Shown here one piece after another: positions 48,995 through 59,796 of a DNA stretch of 64,000 nt. The notes under the pieces were generated by a model that saw only the letters and a list, made by a program, of their open reading frames with translations, was not told where the DNA came from and searched no databases. This stretch comes from an uncultured candidatus Porisulfidus sp. (GTDB lineage: Bacteria > Pseudomonadota > Gammaproteobacteria > Poriferisulfidales > Poriferisulfidaceae): positions 192,001-256,000 of the forward strand of contig OZ241993.1 of NCBI GenBank assembly GCA_965204575.1, read 5' to 3'. The position numbers were made by a program, and so were the translations under genes. How positions within the stretch are numbered: position 1 is the stretch's first letter; the number at the start of each line of letters is the position of its first letter.

Positions 48995-50251
48995 ATGAAT
49001 CTCACGGAACTCAAACGCACCCCTATCACGAAATTGCTTGAAATGGCCGAACAGGCCGGCCTCGAAAACGCCTCTCGCGCACGCAAGCAAGACCTCATCT
49101 TTCAACTGCTCAAGTCCCATGCCCGAAACGGAGAGGATATCTTCGGCGAAGGCGTGCTGGAGATCCTGCAGGAGGGATTCGGCTTCCTGCGCTCCCCGGA
49201 CGTGTCGTACCAGGCCGGCGTCGACGACATCTACGTCTCCCCCAACCAGATCCGCCGGTTCGGCCTGCGCTCCGGCGACACGGTATCCGGGAAGATCCGC
49301 CCGCCCAAGGAAAGTGAACGCTATTTCGCTCTCCTGAAAGTCTCGGAGATCAACTACGAGGCTCCGGAAAAATCCCGCAACCGGACGCTGTTCGAGAACC
49401 TCACCCCGCTGCACCCGGACCAGTGCCTGAAACTCGAGCGCGGCAACGGCAGCACCGAGGACATCACGGCCCGAATCATCGACTTGACCGCGCCGATCGG
49501 CAGGGGCCAACGCGGCTTGATCGTCTCGCCGCCCAAGGCGGGAAAAACCATCCTGCTGCAGAACATCGCGCAGAGCATTACAGCCAATTCACCGGAGTGC
49601 TACCTGATCGTGCTGCTGATCGACGAGCGCCCGGAGGAAGTCACCGAGATGGAACGGATGGTCCAGGGCGACGTGATCTCGAGCACCTTCGATGAATCCG
49701 CGAGCCGGCACGTCCAAGTGTCCGACATGGCGATCGAGAAGGCGCGCCGCCTGGTGGAGCATCGGCGCGATGTCGTGATCCTGCTGGATTCGATCACGCG
49801 CCTGGCCCGCGCCTACAACACCGTCGCGCCCTCTTCCGGCAAGGTGCTGACCGGAGGCGTGGACGCGAATGCCCTGCAACGGCCGAAGCGCTTCTTCGGC
49901 GCCGCCCGCAATATCGAGGAAGGCGGCAGCCTGACCATCATCGCCACCGCCCTGATCGACACCGGGTCGAAGATGGACGAAGTGATCTACGAGGAATTCA
50001 AGGGAACCGGCAACATGGAAATCCACCTGGACCGGCGAATCGCCGAGAAACGGGTCTATCCGGCCATCAACATCAACCGTTCCGGAACCCGCCGCGAAGA
50101 GTTGCTGATGGACCCGGCCGAATTGCAGAAAATCTGGGTGCTGCGCAAGTTCATCCATTCCATGGACGAGATCGCGGCCATGGAATTCCTGCTCGGCAAG
50201 CTTCAGGCCACCAAGACCAACGACGAATTCTTCGAGGCTATGAAGCGCTGA
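48995..50251 (+). CDS. rho: Transcription termination factor Rho
   Basis: [36 protein letters not shown]. Confidence 0.99.
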   Translation: MNLTELKRTPITKLLEMAEQAGLENASRARKQDLIFQLLKSHARNGEDIFGEGVLEILQEGFGFLRSPDVSYQAGVDDIYVSPNQIRRFGLRSGDTVSGKIRPPKESERYFALLKVSEINYEAPEKSRNRTLFENLTPLHPDQCLKLERGNGSTEDITARIIDLTAPIGRGQRGLIVSPPKAGKTILLQNIAQSITANSPECYLIVLLIDERPEEVTEMERMVQGDVISSTFDESASRHVQVSDMAIEKARRLVEHRRDVVILLDSITRLARAYNTVAPSSGKVLTGGVDANALQRPKRFFGAARNIEEGGSLTIIATALIDTGSKMDEVIYEEFKGTGNMEIHLDRRIAEKRVYPAININRSGTRREELLMDPAELQKIWVLRKFIHSMDEIAAMEFLLGKLQATKTNDEFFEAMKR

Positions 50252-50260
50252 GGCGAATCG

Positions 50261-51553
50261 TCAATCGCCTTTCCCCGAAGCCAGCACGGCCGCGCCGATG
50301 TCGCGCCGGCAGAATTTGCCCTCGAACCGGATCCTCTCCGCCGCCCGGTAGGCCCGTTCCTTGGCAAGGGCCAGGGTCTCCTCTTTCGCACAAACGCACA
50401 GCACTCTCCCGCCATTCGTCACCACCTGCCCATTGTCTGCCGTCGTCCCGGCGTGGAAGACCTTCACCCCGGCCTCTCCTTCCGCCTCGTCGAGGCCGGT
50501 GATGGGAGCACCTTTCGGATAGCGTCCCGGATAGTCCCGGATTGCCAGTACGACGCCCAGCGTGGGGCGCGGATCCCATTCCGGAACACTTTCGTTCAAG
50601 CGCCCTTCGGTGGCGGCAAGGCAATGGTCCAGCAGGTCCGAATCCAACCGGAACAGGATCGGCTGGGTCTCGGGGTCACCGAACCGGCAGTTGTATTCGA
50701 GCACTTTCGGGTTGCCCCCCGAGTCCAGCATGAGCCCGGCGTATAGAAAGCCCCGGTACCGGGTTCCTTCCGAAGCCAACCCCCGAACCGTGGGGTGGAT
50801 AACCTCCTCAAGGACGCGGCGGTGCAGTTCCGGCGTGATCAGCGGCATCGGCGAGTAAGCGCCCATGCCGCCCGTGTTGGGGCCACGGTTGCCTTCGTCG
50901 CGCGCCTTGTGATCCTGCGACGTGGCCAGTGGAATGACATCCGTCCCGTCCACCAGGCAGATGAAACTGGCTTCCCGTCCTTCCAAGAACTCTTCGATCA
51001 CGATGGCGCGGCCGGCTTCCTGGAACTGTGCTTCCCGCAGCATCGCCGAGGCCGCCTGCTCCGCCTCGGCAATGGAAGTCGCCACAACGACACCCTTGCC
51101 GGCCGCCAGGCCATCGGCCTTGACCACGACCGGGGCCGCCTGCCCGGCCAAGTAACGCCGAGCCTGATCGAAATCGGTGAAGCGTTCGTAGCGTGCCGTG
51201 GGAATCCCGTGGCGCGCCATGAAATCCTTGCTGAAACCCTTGGAACTTTCCAGCCGGGCCGCCTCCTTGCAGGGCCCGAGCACCCGGCAGCCTTCCGCCT
51301 CGAACCGGTCGACCAGGCCGCCCGCCAGCGGATCTTCAGGCCCGACCACGGTCAGGTCGATGCCCTCCGACTTCGCGAAATCCAGCAAGGCGCCGGTATC
51401 CGTGGCGGCAATCGCCACGTTCCGGGTCCCCGGCTCCCGCGCCGTGCCCGCGTTGCCCGGAGCGACGAAAACCTGCTCGGCATCCTTCGACTGCGCGAGC
51501 TTCCAGGCCAGCGCATGCTCCCGGCCCCCTCCCCCGATCACCAGGACCTTCAT
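50261..51553 (-). CDS. purD: Phosphoribosylamine--glycine ligase
   Basis: GGGGREHAL, KADGLAAGKGV, GPNTGGMGAYSP, RFGDPETQ. Confidence 0.98.
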   Translation of the reverse strand: MKVLVIGGGGREHALAWKLAQSKDAEQVFVAPGNAGTAREPGTRNVAIAATDTGALLDFAKSEGIDLTVVGPEDPLAGGLVDRFEAEGCRVLGPCKEAARLESSKGFSKDFMARHGIPTARYERFTDFDQARRYLAGQAAPVVVKADGLAAGKGVVVATSIAEAEQAASAMLREAQFQEAGRAIVIEEFLEGREASFICLVDGTDVIPLATSQDHKARDEGNRGPNTGGMGAYSPMPLITPELHRRVLEEVIHPTVRGLASEGTRYRGFLYAGLMLDSGGNPKVLEYNCRFGDPETQPILFRLDSDLLDHCLAATEGRLNESVPEWDPRPTLGVVLAIRDYPGRYPKGAPITGLDEAEGEAGVKVFHAGTTADNGQVVTNGGRVLCVCAKEETLALAKERAYRAAERIRFEGKFCRRDIGAAVLASGKGD

Positions 51554-52305
51554 GATTCCGGCCGCTCCCGCGATTGCCGGTCGGCCTCGAACAACAGGAC
51601 GCTGGAGGCGGTGGCCACATTGAGGCTCTCGACTTCGCCCTGCATCGGGATTCCGACGCAAAAATCGCACAGGCCGCGCGTGCGGACGCGGATGCCCCCG
51701 CCCTCGCCGCCCACGACAATCGCCCAAGGCAAGCGGAACGCGGTCTCCCAGAGGTTCGGGCCCGAATCCGCAGCGGCCGCATAGAGCCAGACCCCGGCCT
51801 GTTTGAGTTGCTCCAGGCTGCGCGCCAGGTTGGAAACCCGAACCAGAGGCACCCGCTCGGCTGAGCCCGAAGCCGACTTGAACGCGCTGCCCGTCAGGCG
51901 GGCCTGATGGCGGGCCGGCACGATGACGGCACAAACGCCCGCCGCTTCGGCGACGCGCAGGCAGGCCCCAAGATTGTGCGGATCCGTCACCCCATCCAAT
52001 ACAAGAAAGCGCGCAGAATCAATATCTTTCTTCAGCAACGCGGATAGATCGCTCTCCGACTTGGAAGCCGGGGGACGGATCCGGGCCGCCACACCCTGAT
52101 GCACCGCGTCCCGAGTGTGGCGACGCAGCACGGCGGCATTGACGCGCTGAACCGGGATGCGCAGTTCCTGGGCACGGACTACCAGCGGATCGGTCGGCGA
52201 ATCTTCCTTCCCGTTCTGCAGCCAAAGTTCATGAACGTCCCCGGGGCGGGCCTGCAGGGCCGCCAGCACGGCATGGCGCCCGTAAATCAACTCCGGCGCA
52301 CTCAT
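51550..52305 (-). CDS. rlmB: 23S rRNA Gm2251 methyltransferase RlmB
   Basis: YGRHAV, HQGV, LDGVTDPHNLGACLR, ESLNVA; follows rnr. Confidence 0.96.
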   Translation of the reverse strand: MSAPELIYGRHAVLAALQARPGDVHELWLQNGKEDSPTDPLVVRAQELRIPVQRVNAAVLRRHTRDAVHQGVAARIRPPASKSESDLSALLKKDIDSARFLVLDGVTDPHNLGACLRVAEAAGVCAVIVPARHQARLTGSAFKSASGSAERVPLVRVSNLARSLEQLKQAGVWLYAAAADSGPNLWETAFRLPWAIVVGGEGGGIRVRTRGLCDFCVGIPMQGEVESLNVATASSVLLFEADRQSRERPES

Positions 52306-54269
52306 TGTCGGCCCCGGCTGCGCCCGTAGTGCCGCGCCAGTGAAATCCTGCGTTCACGGTGGTTGATTTCCCGGATGACCACCTCGATGCGATCCCCCGC
52401 CTGCCAGGCCTCCCCGGTGCGCTTTCCTTGCAGGACCTGAGGGCCCGGTTCGTAGAAATATTCGTCCCCGCCCAGCTTCCGGACATGGAGCAGGCCCTCC
52501 GTATACAGGCCGTCCATTTCCACGAACAGCCCGAACTGCGTGACCGTGCTGACGGTCCCGCCGAAATGTTTCCCCAGGTGCTTCTCCGCAAGGCGGCACT
52601 TGTAGGCCGCCTCGACGTCCCATACGGCCTCGTCGGCCCGCCGCTCCGTCATGGAGCAATGTTCTCCAAGAACCGTGATTTCGGCATGAGAGGGAGACGA
52701 CCCCGATTGCTTCCCTCCCTTCAGCGTCCGGCGGATGGCCCGATGCACGGCCAGGTCCGGGTAGCGCCGGATGGGCGAGGTGAAATGGGCATAGCGTTCC
52801 AATGCCAGGCCGAAGTGGCCGATATTATCGGGCGAATACACGGACAGGCTCTGGCTGCGCAACAGAGCCCGTTCGATCAGCGCTTGATGCTCGGTGCCCC
52901 GGGCCTGCCGAAGCAGGTCGGCGCAATCGCTCGGGGTGACGGGATCACTCGACGGGAATGTCAGGCCGAGGCCTGCGACCAGGGCGCGCAGGGTTTCGAG
53001 TTTTTCCCGCTGGGGCTGATCGTGGATGCGGTAGAGGCTGTGCTGCTTGTGTTGGTGCAACCGTTCGGCCGTGGCCACGTTGGCCAGGATCATGAATTCC
53101 TCGATCAACCGGTGGGACTCGAGCCGGGTGACCGGATGGATGCTCTTGACCTGACCTTGGCCATCGAATTTGAAACGGCACTCGGTACTGCTGAAGTCTA
53201 GGGCTCCGCGACGCTCGCGCCGGGCATGAACCAGCCGGTACAGGGTCGCCAGATTCTCCAGTGCAGGCAAATGGGCGTCGAGACGCTGGCGCGCAGCGGG
53301 CTGGTCCTTGAATACGGCCTGCTCCACGCCCGAATAGGTCAACCGTGCCCGAGAGCGGATCTGTGCCGGGTAAAACCGGGCCGATTGCATCCCTCCGCGG
53401 GGCCCGAGCCGCATTTCGCAGACCAGCGTCTTGCGCTCCACGTCCGGGCGCAGGGAACACAGGTCTTCCGACAGTTCCGGCGGCAGCATCGGGATGACCC
53501 GGTTCGGGAAATAAACCGAAGTTCCCCGCTTGCGTGCCTCGGCATCCAGGGCGCTGCCCGGGCGGACATAGTGCGCGACATCCGCGATCGCCACCCACAG
53601 CGTCCAGCCGGAGCGGGTTTTGCGCGCACAAACGGCGTCGTCGAAATCCTTGGCGTCCGCACCGTCGATGGTCACGAACGGCAGGTCCGTCAAATCCCGC
53701 CGCGGCAACTCGTCCTCAAGCCCGGACAAATCGGCCAATTCCTTGCGGACCCGGCGTGCCCAGGTATACGGCAAACTGTGCGTGGCAATGGCGAGATCGA
53801 CATCCATGTTCTGCTTCGGATCTCCCAGCACGCGGCTGATCTCGGCCTTGCCCGGGTGGCCCTGCTGCGGAAACACCGTGATGTCGGCCACCACCATGTC
53901 CCCGTTCTTCGCATTTGCGTGTTTCGTGGACTCGAAAGCATGCTGGATGCGCGGGTCTTCCGGGACGATGACCGACTTGCGCCGGCCCTCATTCTGGAGC
54001 CGCCCGACCACGGTCTCGTGGCTGCGCTCCAAGACTTCGTGGAACATTCCGCTGGTCTTCCCGCGCCAGCCCGGCTGGCCGGGCCAGACCGAAACGTAGT
54101 CGCCGTGCATCGCGGTGTGCATCTGCGCCTGCGGCAGGAAAATGTCTTCTCCCCCGCTGTCCGGCGTGACGAAGCCGTAGCCGTCACGGTGGGCGGCGAG
54201 GCGCCCGTGGACCGGCTTGGAAGAAGTAGACTGACGAGTGGATCGCCGGGAGGATCTGCGGCGCGGCAT
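52302..54269 (-). CDS. rnr: Ribonuclease R
   Basis: HRDGYGF, TIDGADAKDFDDA, IEEFMILAN, HFTSPIRRYPD, S1 domain; N-terminal HTH appears absent. Confidence 0.95.
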   Translation of the reverse strand: MPRRRSSRRSTRQSTSSKPVHGRLAAHRDGYGFVTPDSGGEDIFLPQAQMHTAMHGDYVSVWPGQPGWRGKTSGMFHEVLERSHETVVGRLQNEGRRKSVIVPEDPRIQHAFESTKHANAKNGDMVVADITVFPQQGHPGKAEISRVLGDPKQNMDVDLAIATHSLPYTWARRVRKELADLSGLEDELPRRDLTDLPFVTIDGADAKDFDDAVCARKTRSGWTLWVAIADVAHYVRPGSALDAEARKRGTSVYFPNRVIPMLPPELSEDLCSLRPDVERKTLVCEMRLGPRGGMQSARFYPAQIRSRARLTYSGVEQAVFKDQPAARQRLDAHLPALENLATLYRLVHARRERRGALDFSSTECRFKFDGQGQVKSIHPVTRLESHRLIEEFMILANVATAERLHQHKQHSLYRIHDQPQREKLETLRALVAGLGLTFPSSDPVTPSDCADLLRQARGTEHQALIERALLRSQSLSVYSPDNIGHFGLALERYAHFTSPIRRYPDLAVHRAIRRTLKGGKQSGSSPSHAEITVLGEHCSMTERRADEAVWDVEAAYKCRLAEKHLGKHFGGTVSTVTQFGLFVEMDGLYTEGLLHVRKLGGDEYFYEPGPQVLQGKRTGEAWQAGDRIEVVIREINHRERRISLARHYGRSRGRQ

Positions 54270-54392
54270 GGAATAAATTGCGGGGAAGCGAAAAACCTGG
54301 AAGGCACCAATTGTAGGATTTTCATTTTAACCCGGTGCGATAGATGACGCACCCAAGGGTGCTAGGATGGAATAGTATCGCTAGCCGTTCCC

Positions 54393-54725
54393 ATGATCCT
54401 GAACATCACCATCAACGAGCAGTCCTATCCAATCCGGATTCCGGACGGGATGCCCGGGGAAGCCGCCGACATGTTCGCCCGCATGGATGCTGACATGGAC
54501 CGGGGCTGGCAGATGTCCCGGGTCTGGGTCGATCGCCCGGATTCCCATCAGCGCTGCCAGATCGTCGCCGACCGGCTGCTGACGGCGATGGAAAATCAAA
54601 ATCAGGAACTGGCCACGATGATGGCCGCCTACATCGTGGCACGGATGCCGGACGTCCGGGAAGTCGTCATTGACACCAGCGGAGACATGACACAGACCCA
54701 GATTGAGCGCGGAGACCAGCCGTAA
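54393..54725 (+). CDS. Hypothetical protein
   Basis: 110-aa ORF filling the gap between rnr and fadD, host-like codon usage, MDADMDRGWQMSR segment. Confidence 0.7.
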   Translation: MILNITINEQSYPIRIPDGMPGEAADMFARMDADMDRGWQMSRVWVDRPDSHQRCQIVADRLLTAMENQNQELATMMAAYIVARMPDVREVVIDTSGDMTQTQIERGDQP

Positions 54726-54742
54726 GGCTGGAAAATCCTACA

Positions 54743-56431
54743 TTACTCGTAAAACGCGGCGATGGTCTCGTCGTATTTCTCATGAAGGGCGCGACGCCGC
54801 AATTTCAGCGTCGCAGTCATCAATCCGTCCCGTTCGCTCCACGGCTCGGTCTCAATGTGCAGGCGTTTGATTCGCGCGTATCCCGGGAAGTTGTGCAACA
54901 AGTCGCCCGTGGCATCCAGTAATCGAGCCTCATCCACCGGTTCATCGACCACCACCACGGCCGACAGGAACGGCCGCCCCTCCCCGGTGACCCAGGCCTG
55001 ACTGATGCGGGGGTCATTGCATAGGGCGCTTTCCAGGTCCTCCGGCGGAACTTTCTCCCCGTTGGACAGCACGATGATTTCCTTTGCCCGCCCGACGATA
55101 TAGATATGGCCATCCTCGATGCGGGCCAAATCGCCCGTATGGAACCATCCCTCGCGGTCAATGGCGGCCTTCGTCGCCTCGGGATTGTCCAGATAGCCCG
55201 GCATGACTCCCTGCCCTTTCACCAGCAATTCCTGGTCATCGGCCAGTTTCACCTCCACGCCCTCGAGCGGCGGACCGACCGAACCGCGCCGGATGTCGCC
55301 GTCCCGATTGACGCTGACCACCGGGGAGGTTTCCGTCAAGCCATAGCCCTGAAGCACCTTCAGGCCAATTCCCGCGAAGAAGTCCGCAACCGAAGAATTC
55401 ATCGCCGCACCGCCGGTGATGGCAAGCCGCAGGTGTCCGCCCAGGCCTTGAAGAACTTTCTTCCCGATCAGACGGCGCGGCAGCAAACCAAGAATCCGCC
55501 ACAAGGACAAAGGACCTGCGCGGCCTGCTCGCCGGCCGAGCGACACTAGGAGCCGTCCGACCGGGCTATTCAGCGGGCGTCTTGAAGTCAGGGCGCGATA
55601 GATCTTTTCGTAGACGCGCGGCACCGATACCATGATGGTGGGCGGCTGCAGGCGAAGATCCTCGCGCAAGGTGGCAACAGAACGGGCAAACGCCACCGTG
55701 GATCCGTGCAACATGGGCGAGTAGTAGCCGACCGTCCGTTCGAACATGTGCGACAGCGGGAGGAAAGACAGCAGCCGGTCTTCCGATCCGATCGGGACTG
55801 CGGCAGTCGCGGCGATGGCGTTGCTCAGGATGTTGGCATGGGTCAGCTGGACGCCCTTGGGCCGGCCGGTGGTCCCCGATGTAAATACGATCGTCGCGAC
55901 GGAGTCGGGATCGTTCTGCGTCACCTGGTACGGTGATGGGGCGATGTCGGAAAGTTCCAAGGGAAATGGCCTGACTTCCGTATCCGGGATCCTGATGGCA
56001 CTGAAGATATGTTCGACACCGGGCATGCGGGCGCATTCGCTTTCGAGTTCCTGCCACTGCGCATGCCCGCCGATGAACAATGCGCGCATGCGGCTGCGTT
56101 CGGCCACGTAAGCGACATTGCCTCCCCGGTCCCGATGGTACAGCGGCACGGTCACAATCCCGAGGCCGGCCGCAGCCAGGTCCAGGGTGACCCAGTAAGT
56201 TCCGCCGTGTGCCATGATGCCGATCCGGTCCCCGGCTTCGAGACCGAGCGCTTTAAGCAGAAACTGGGCCCGGCCGGCCTGTTCGTGCACCGACTCCCAA
56301 CTGTGCCTGAACCATTTGCCCAGCACATGGCTGTACTCGACGTAGGCCACCGCGTCCGGCGTGGCCGCGACTCGCTCTTCGAACAGTTGCCCCAGAGTGC
56401 TTTCGGGTGAAACCTGACCCAATATGCTCAT
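54743..56431 (-). CDS. fadD: Long-chain fatty acid--CoA ligase
   Basis: FTSGTTGRPKG, SFLPLSHMFER, QGYGLTE, TGD, GRAKE. Confidence 0.88.
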   Translation of the reverse strand: MSILGQVSPESTLGQLFEERVAATPDAVAYVEYSHVLGKWFRHSWESVHEQAGRAQFLLKALGLEAGDRIGIMAHGGTYWVTLDLAAAGLGIVTVPLYHRDRGGNVAYVAERSRMRALFIGGHAQWQELESECARMPGVEHIFSAIRIPDTEVRPFPLELSDIAPSPYQVTQNDPDSVATIVFTSGTTGRPKGVQLTHANILSNAIAATAAVPIGSEDRLLSFLPLSHMFERTVGYYSPMLHGSTVAFARSVATLREDLRLQPPTIMVSVPRVYEKIYRALTSRRPLNSPVGRLLVSLGRRAGRAGPLSLWRILGLLPRRLIGKKVLQGLGGHLRLAITGGAAMNSSVADFFAGIGLKVLQGYGLTETSPVVSVNRDGDIRRGSVGPPLEGVEVKLADDQELLVKGQGVMPGYLDNPEATKAAIDREGWFHTGDLARIEDGHIYIVGRAKEIIVLSNGEKVPPEDLESALCNDPRISQAWVTGEGRPFLSAVVVVDEPVDEARLLDATGDLLHNFPGYARIKRLHIETEPWSERDGLMTATLKLRRRALHEKYDETIAAFYE

Positions 56432-58452
56432 GGAACCGTTTTGCGCAAGTGCTCCGAATCCCAGCCCGGCCCGGGGGCAAATCTCGGCCCGTAACGTTTC
56501 TCAAGCTCCTCCAAGCGCCGGCAGACCGCTTCTGTTCGCCGCCGCCGTACCAGGGCCAGCGGTCCCCCGGTGAAAGGCGCAAAGCCGGTTCCCAGGATCA
56601 ACCCCGCATCGATCCAGTCCGCCCGTTCCACCAAGCCTTCATGCAGGCAATGCACGGCTTCGCGCACCATGCTGAGGGTGAGCCGGTCCTCGCAATCCCG
56701 TGACGGCTTCCCGCCGCGCAGGCGTTTTACTTCCCCGTTCTTCCAACGATAGAAGCCCCGCCCGGTCTTGCGCCCCAGATGACCCGCCTCGACGGTTTCG
56801 GTCAAGGTCTTCGGGATCTCCGCCCCCTGGGCCTCGGCCAGGGTCGAACCGGCTGCAAGACAGATGTCGAGCCCCACCATGTCTGCCAACTTCAACGGAC
56901 CCATCGGCATGCCGAATGCCGTCGCCACATGATCGATGGTGGCCACCGACAGCCCCTCTTCCCGGAGGCGGACTGCCTCCAGAAGGTAAGGCATGAGCAC
57001 ACGGTTGACCAGGAATCCCGGTGAGGACTTCACGATCAGCGGCACCCGCCGGATACGTCGGACAAAGCCCGCGGCCCGACCGACCAGTGGCTGCTGCCCG
57101 GGATCGTGGGAGATGACCTCCACCAGCGGCATTTTGGAGACCGGATTGAAGAAGTGGATGCCGATCAACCGGGAGGGGTCATCCAGGGTCTGCGCAAGCC
57201 TTTCGAGGGGCAGGCTCGATGTGTTGCTCGCGAGCAGGGCGTCCGGGCGCATCCGGGACTGCAACCGGCGGTACAGTTCCTGCTTGGCTCCGAGATTCTC
57301 GAAGATCGCCTCGACCACGAGGTCTGCCGCTTCGACCCCGTACCCTTCCGGATCCGGAATCAGGCGATCCAGCACGGCTCGCGTATCTTCCGGGCGACGA
57401 TCAAGCAGTCGGCGGGCGCGCCGGATGGCCGGGGCGATCTGTTCCGGCCCCATGTCCTGAAGCGTTACCCGCAACCCGTTCAGGGCACACCAGGTGGCAA
57501 TGTCTCCCCCCATCACCCCGGCACCGACGACATGGACATTGGAGACTCCCTCCCTGTCCGAGGCTTGGCTGTTGAGTTCTTGGCGGAGCAGGAATACCCG
57601 TGTCAACTGGCGCGACTGCGGCGTCTCGAACAAATCCGCCACGGACTGCGCTTCGGATTCAAGTGCCGTAGCGGAATCCTCGCCCAAGTCTTGCCAATGC
57701 TTGAGCAACCGGTATGGGGCCGGATAATGTTCCTTGGGGGCAACCGATTTCATGCCACGGGCATAGGCCCATGCGACTGCCTCGCGCAGGACCGGCACAC
57801 GAGGCACCCGATCGCGCCATGACAGGCGGCGCTCGGCGGGACGGCTCCGGAGCATCTCCCGTGCGGCCGGATACAACTGGCGCCGCGGCACCACCGCATC
57901 CACCAATTTCAACTTCAAGGCCTCTGCACCGGACACGGCCTTGCCGGTCACCATCATCCGCAACGCCTTCATGTCGCCGACCAAAGCCGGCAGTCGCACG
58001 GAACCCCCGTATCCCGGATGGATGCCGAGCCGCACTTCGGGCAACCCGATCTGGACCTGAGGCCCACTTTCCGCGATCCGGTAGTCGCAGGCCAGCGCCA
58101 ACTCCAGTCCGCCGCCCAGACAGTGCCCGCGGATCGCGGCGATGGTCGGGCAGTCCAAGTTCGCCCAGTCCTCGAACAGCTTCTGCCCCCGGCGCAGCAT
58201 CGCCAAGGCCTGGTCCCGGTCTTCCAGTTTCGTGAATTCGGTCACATCCGCACCCATCGCAAAAGCGCGCTCAGGGTCCGAGCCGAGAATGACACCCGGA
58301 GGGGATTCGGTATACAGATGCTCCAGCACCTCTTCCAACTCGTCCAGCACTCCACTGTGCAGCACGTTCACCGAGCGGCCGGCCACCTCCAGATACAGCT
58401 CCAGGTTGCCGCCTTCACCCGTCACAAACCGCCAGTGCCGCCAATTGTTCAC
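56428..58452 (-). CDS. fadJ: Enoyl-CoA hydratase/3-hydroxyacyl-CoA dehydrogenase (FadJ/FadB-like)
   Basis: GGGLELALAC, GLPEV, GAGVMG, SNTSS, HFFNPV, PGFLVNR. Confidence 0.88.
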   Translation of the reverse strand: MNNWRHWRFVTGEGGNLELYLEVAGRSVNVLHSGVLDELEEVLEHLYTESPPGVILGSDPERAFAMGADVTEFTKLEDRDQALAMLRRGQKLFEDWANLDCPTIAAIRGHCLGGGLELALACDYRIAESGPQVQIGLPEVRLGIHPGYGGSVRLPALVGDMKALRMMVTGKAVSGAEALKLKLVDAVVPRRQLYPAAREMLRSRPAERRLSWRDRVPRVPVLREAVAWAYARGMKSVAPKEHYPAPYRLLKHWQDLGEDSATALESEAQSVADLFETPQSRQLTRVFLLRQELNSQASDREGVSNVHVVGAGVMGGDIATWCALNGLRVTLQDMGPEQIAPAIRRARRLLDRRPEDTRAVLDRLIPDPEGYGVEAADLVVEAIFENLGAKQELYRRLQSRMRPDALLASNTSSLPLERLAQTLDDPSRLIGIHFFNPVSKMPLVEVISHDPGQQPLVGRAAGFVRRIRRVPLIVKSSPGFLVNRVLMPYLLEAVRLREEGLSVATIDHVATAFGMPMGPLKLADMVGLDICLAAGSTLAEAQGAEIPKTLTETVEAGHLGRKTGRGFYRWKNGEVKRLRGGKPSRDCEDRLTLSMVREAVHCLHEGLVERADWIDAGLILGTGFAPFTGGPLALVRRRRTEAVCRRLEELEKRYGPRFAPGPGWDSEHLRKTVP

Positions 58453-59750
58453 GACACGTGCTCCAGCAGTGCGGCACCGCCCTGCCCTCCGCCGATGCAT
58501 AAGCTTGCGACGCCGAACCGCCCCTTCATGTGTTGCAGCTGCTTGAGGACATGCAGCACGATCCGTGCGCCCGTCATGCCTACCGGGTGACCAATCGCGA
58601 CCGCCCCGCCATGCGGATTGAGCCGTTCCTTATCGATTGGCGCAAGGCAATCGGTCCGGCCCAGCACTTCGCGCATGTAGGTTTCGTCCTGCCAGGCCGC
58701 CAAGCATGCCAGGACCTGCACCGCAAATGCTTCGTTGATTTCGAAGCAATCGATTTCAGCAACCGTGACCTCGGCCTGGTCGAACAGATTCCGCATCGCA
58801 TGCACCGGTCCAAGCCCCATCACGACCGGATCCAGCGCGGCCCAGTTGATGTGGTGCAAGATGCCGAGGATCGGAAGCCGGTATTTCTCGATCGCCTCTT
58901 CCGAGGCCAACAGCAACGCGGCCGCACCATCGCTGATTTGCGCACTGTTGCCGGCCGTCACGTTGCCGTTCGGAGAATCGAATGCCGGTCGCAGCCGGCC
59001 CAGTTGATCCAGGGAAGAATCGCGTCGCACGCCAGTATCCTGCGCATAGGCTTCACCGGTCAACCCGTCGTACAGAGGGGTGATCTCGTCATCGAAAACC
59101 CCCGCATCCTGTGCCCGTGCAGCGAGCTCGTGGCTTTCCAGCGCAAAGGTATCCATCGCCCGCCGGGAAATCCGGAAACGGTACGCCAGTTCTTCCGCGG
59201 TCTGGCCCATGTTGAGATCAACGACCGGATCGGTCAAACCGCACTTGAGAGCGCTAACTGGGTTCAGCATGCGGGGCCTGAATCCCAGCACCGCGCGTAA
59301 TCGGGCCCAACGCCCTCTCGCCCGGCTGAAACGTCCGAGCCAGGACACGGCTTCCGGCCCGAGCAGCACGGGCGCGCGGCTCATTGCCTCGACTCCTCCG
59401 GCGAGGATCAAGTCCGAAGCGCCCTGCGCGATGCGTTGCGCCGCCGCATCCAGTGCCTGCATCCCGGATGCACAGTTGCGCTGGACGGTATGCGCGGGCA
59501 CACTCAGGTCCAACCCCAGGCGGAGGCCGATTATCCGGGAGATGTTGGCCTCGGACTCGCTGGGCATCACGCAGCCCCAGACCAGTTCCTGTATTCCCTC
59601 TCGAACCTCCGGATGCCGCAGGATAAGGTCCCGGCTGCAGGCCACCGCCAGGTCACTCGCGGAAAACGGCCCCGGGGAGCCGGACGCCTTGAGGATCGGC
59701 GTGCGCCGGCCGTCGACGACGTAGACCGTGCGCCCGTAGTTCAGCGGCAT
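58449..59750 (-). CDS. fadI: Acetyl-CoA acyltransferase (thiolase, FadI-like)
   Basis: NCASG, NEAFA, GHPVG, CIGGGQG. Confidence 0.88.
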   Translation of the reverse strand: MPLNYGRTVYVVDGRRTPILKASGSPGPFSASDLAVACSRDLILRHPEVREGIQELVWGCVMPSESEANISRIIGLRLGLDLSVPAHTVQRNCASGMQALDAAAQRIAQGASDLILAGGVEAMSRAPVLLGPEAVSWLGRFSRARGRWARLRAVLGFRPRMLNPVSALKCGLTDPVVDLNMGQTAEELAYRFRISRRAMDTFALESHELAARAQDAGVFDDEITPLYDGLTGEAYAQDTGVRRDSSLDQLGRLRPAFDSPNGNVTAGNSAQISDGAAALLLASEEAIEKYRLPILGILHHINWAALDPVVMGLGPVHAMRNLFDQAEVTVAEIDCFEINEAFAVQVLACLAAWQDETYMREVLGRTDCLAPIDKERLNPHGGAVAIGHPVGMTGARIVLHVLKQLQHMKGRFGVASLCIGGGQGGAALLEHVS

Positions 59751-59796
59751 GACTGGCGCCGGGTTGCGGCGGGTCTCGGCAGATCCTGGAGACTCA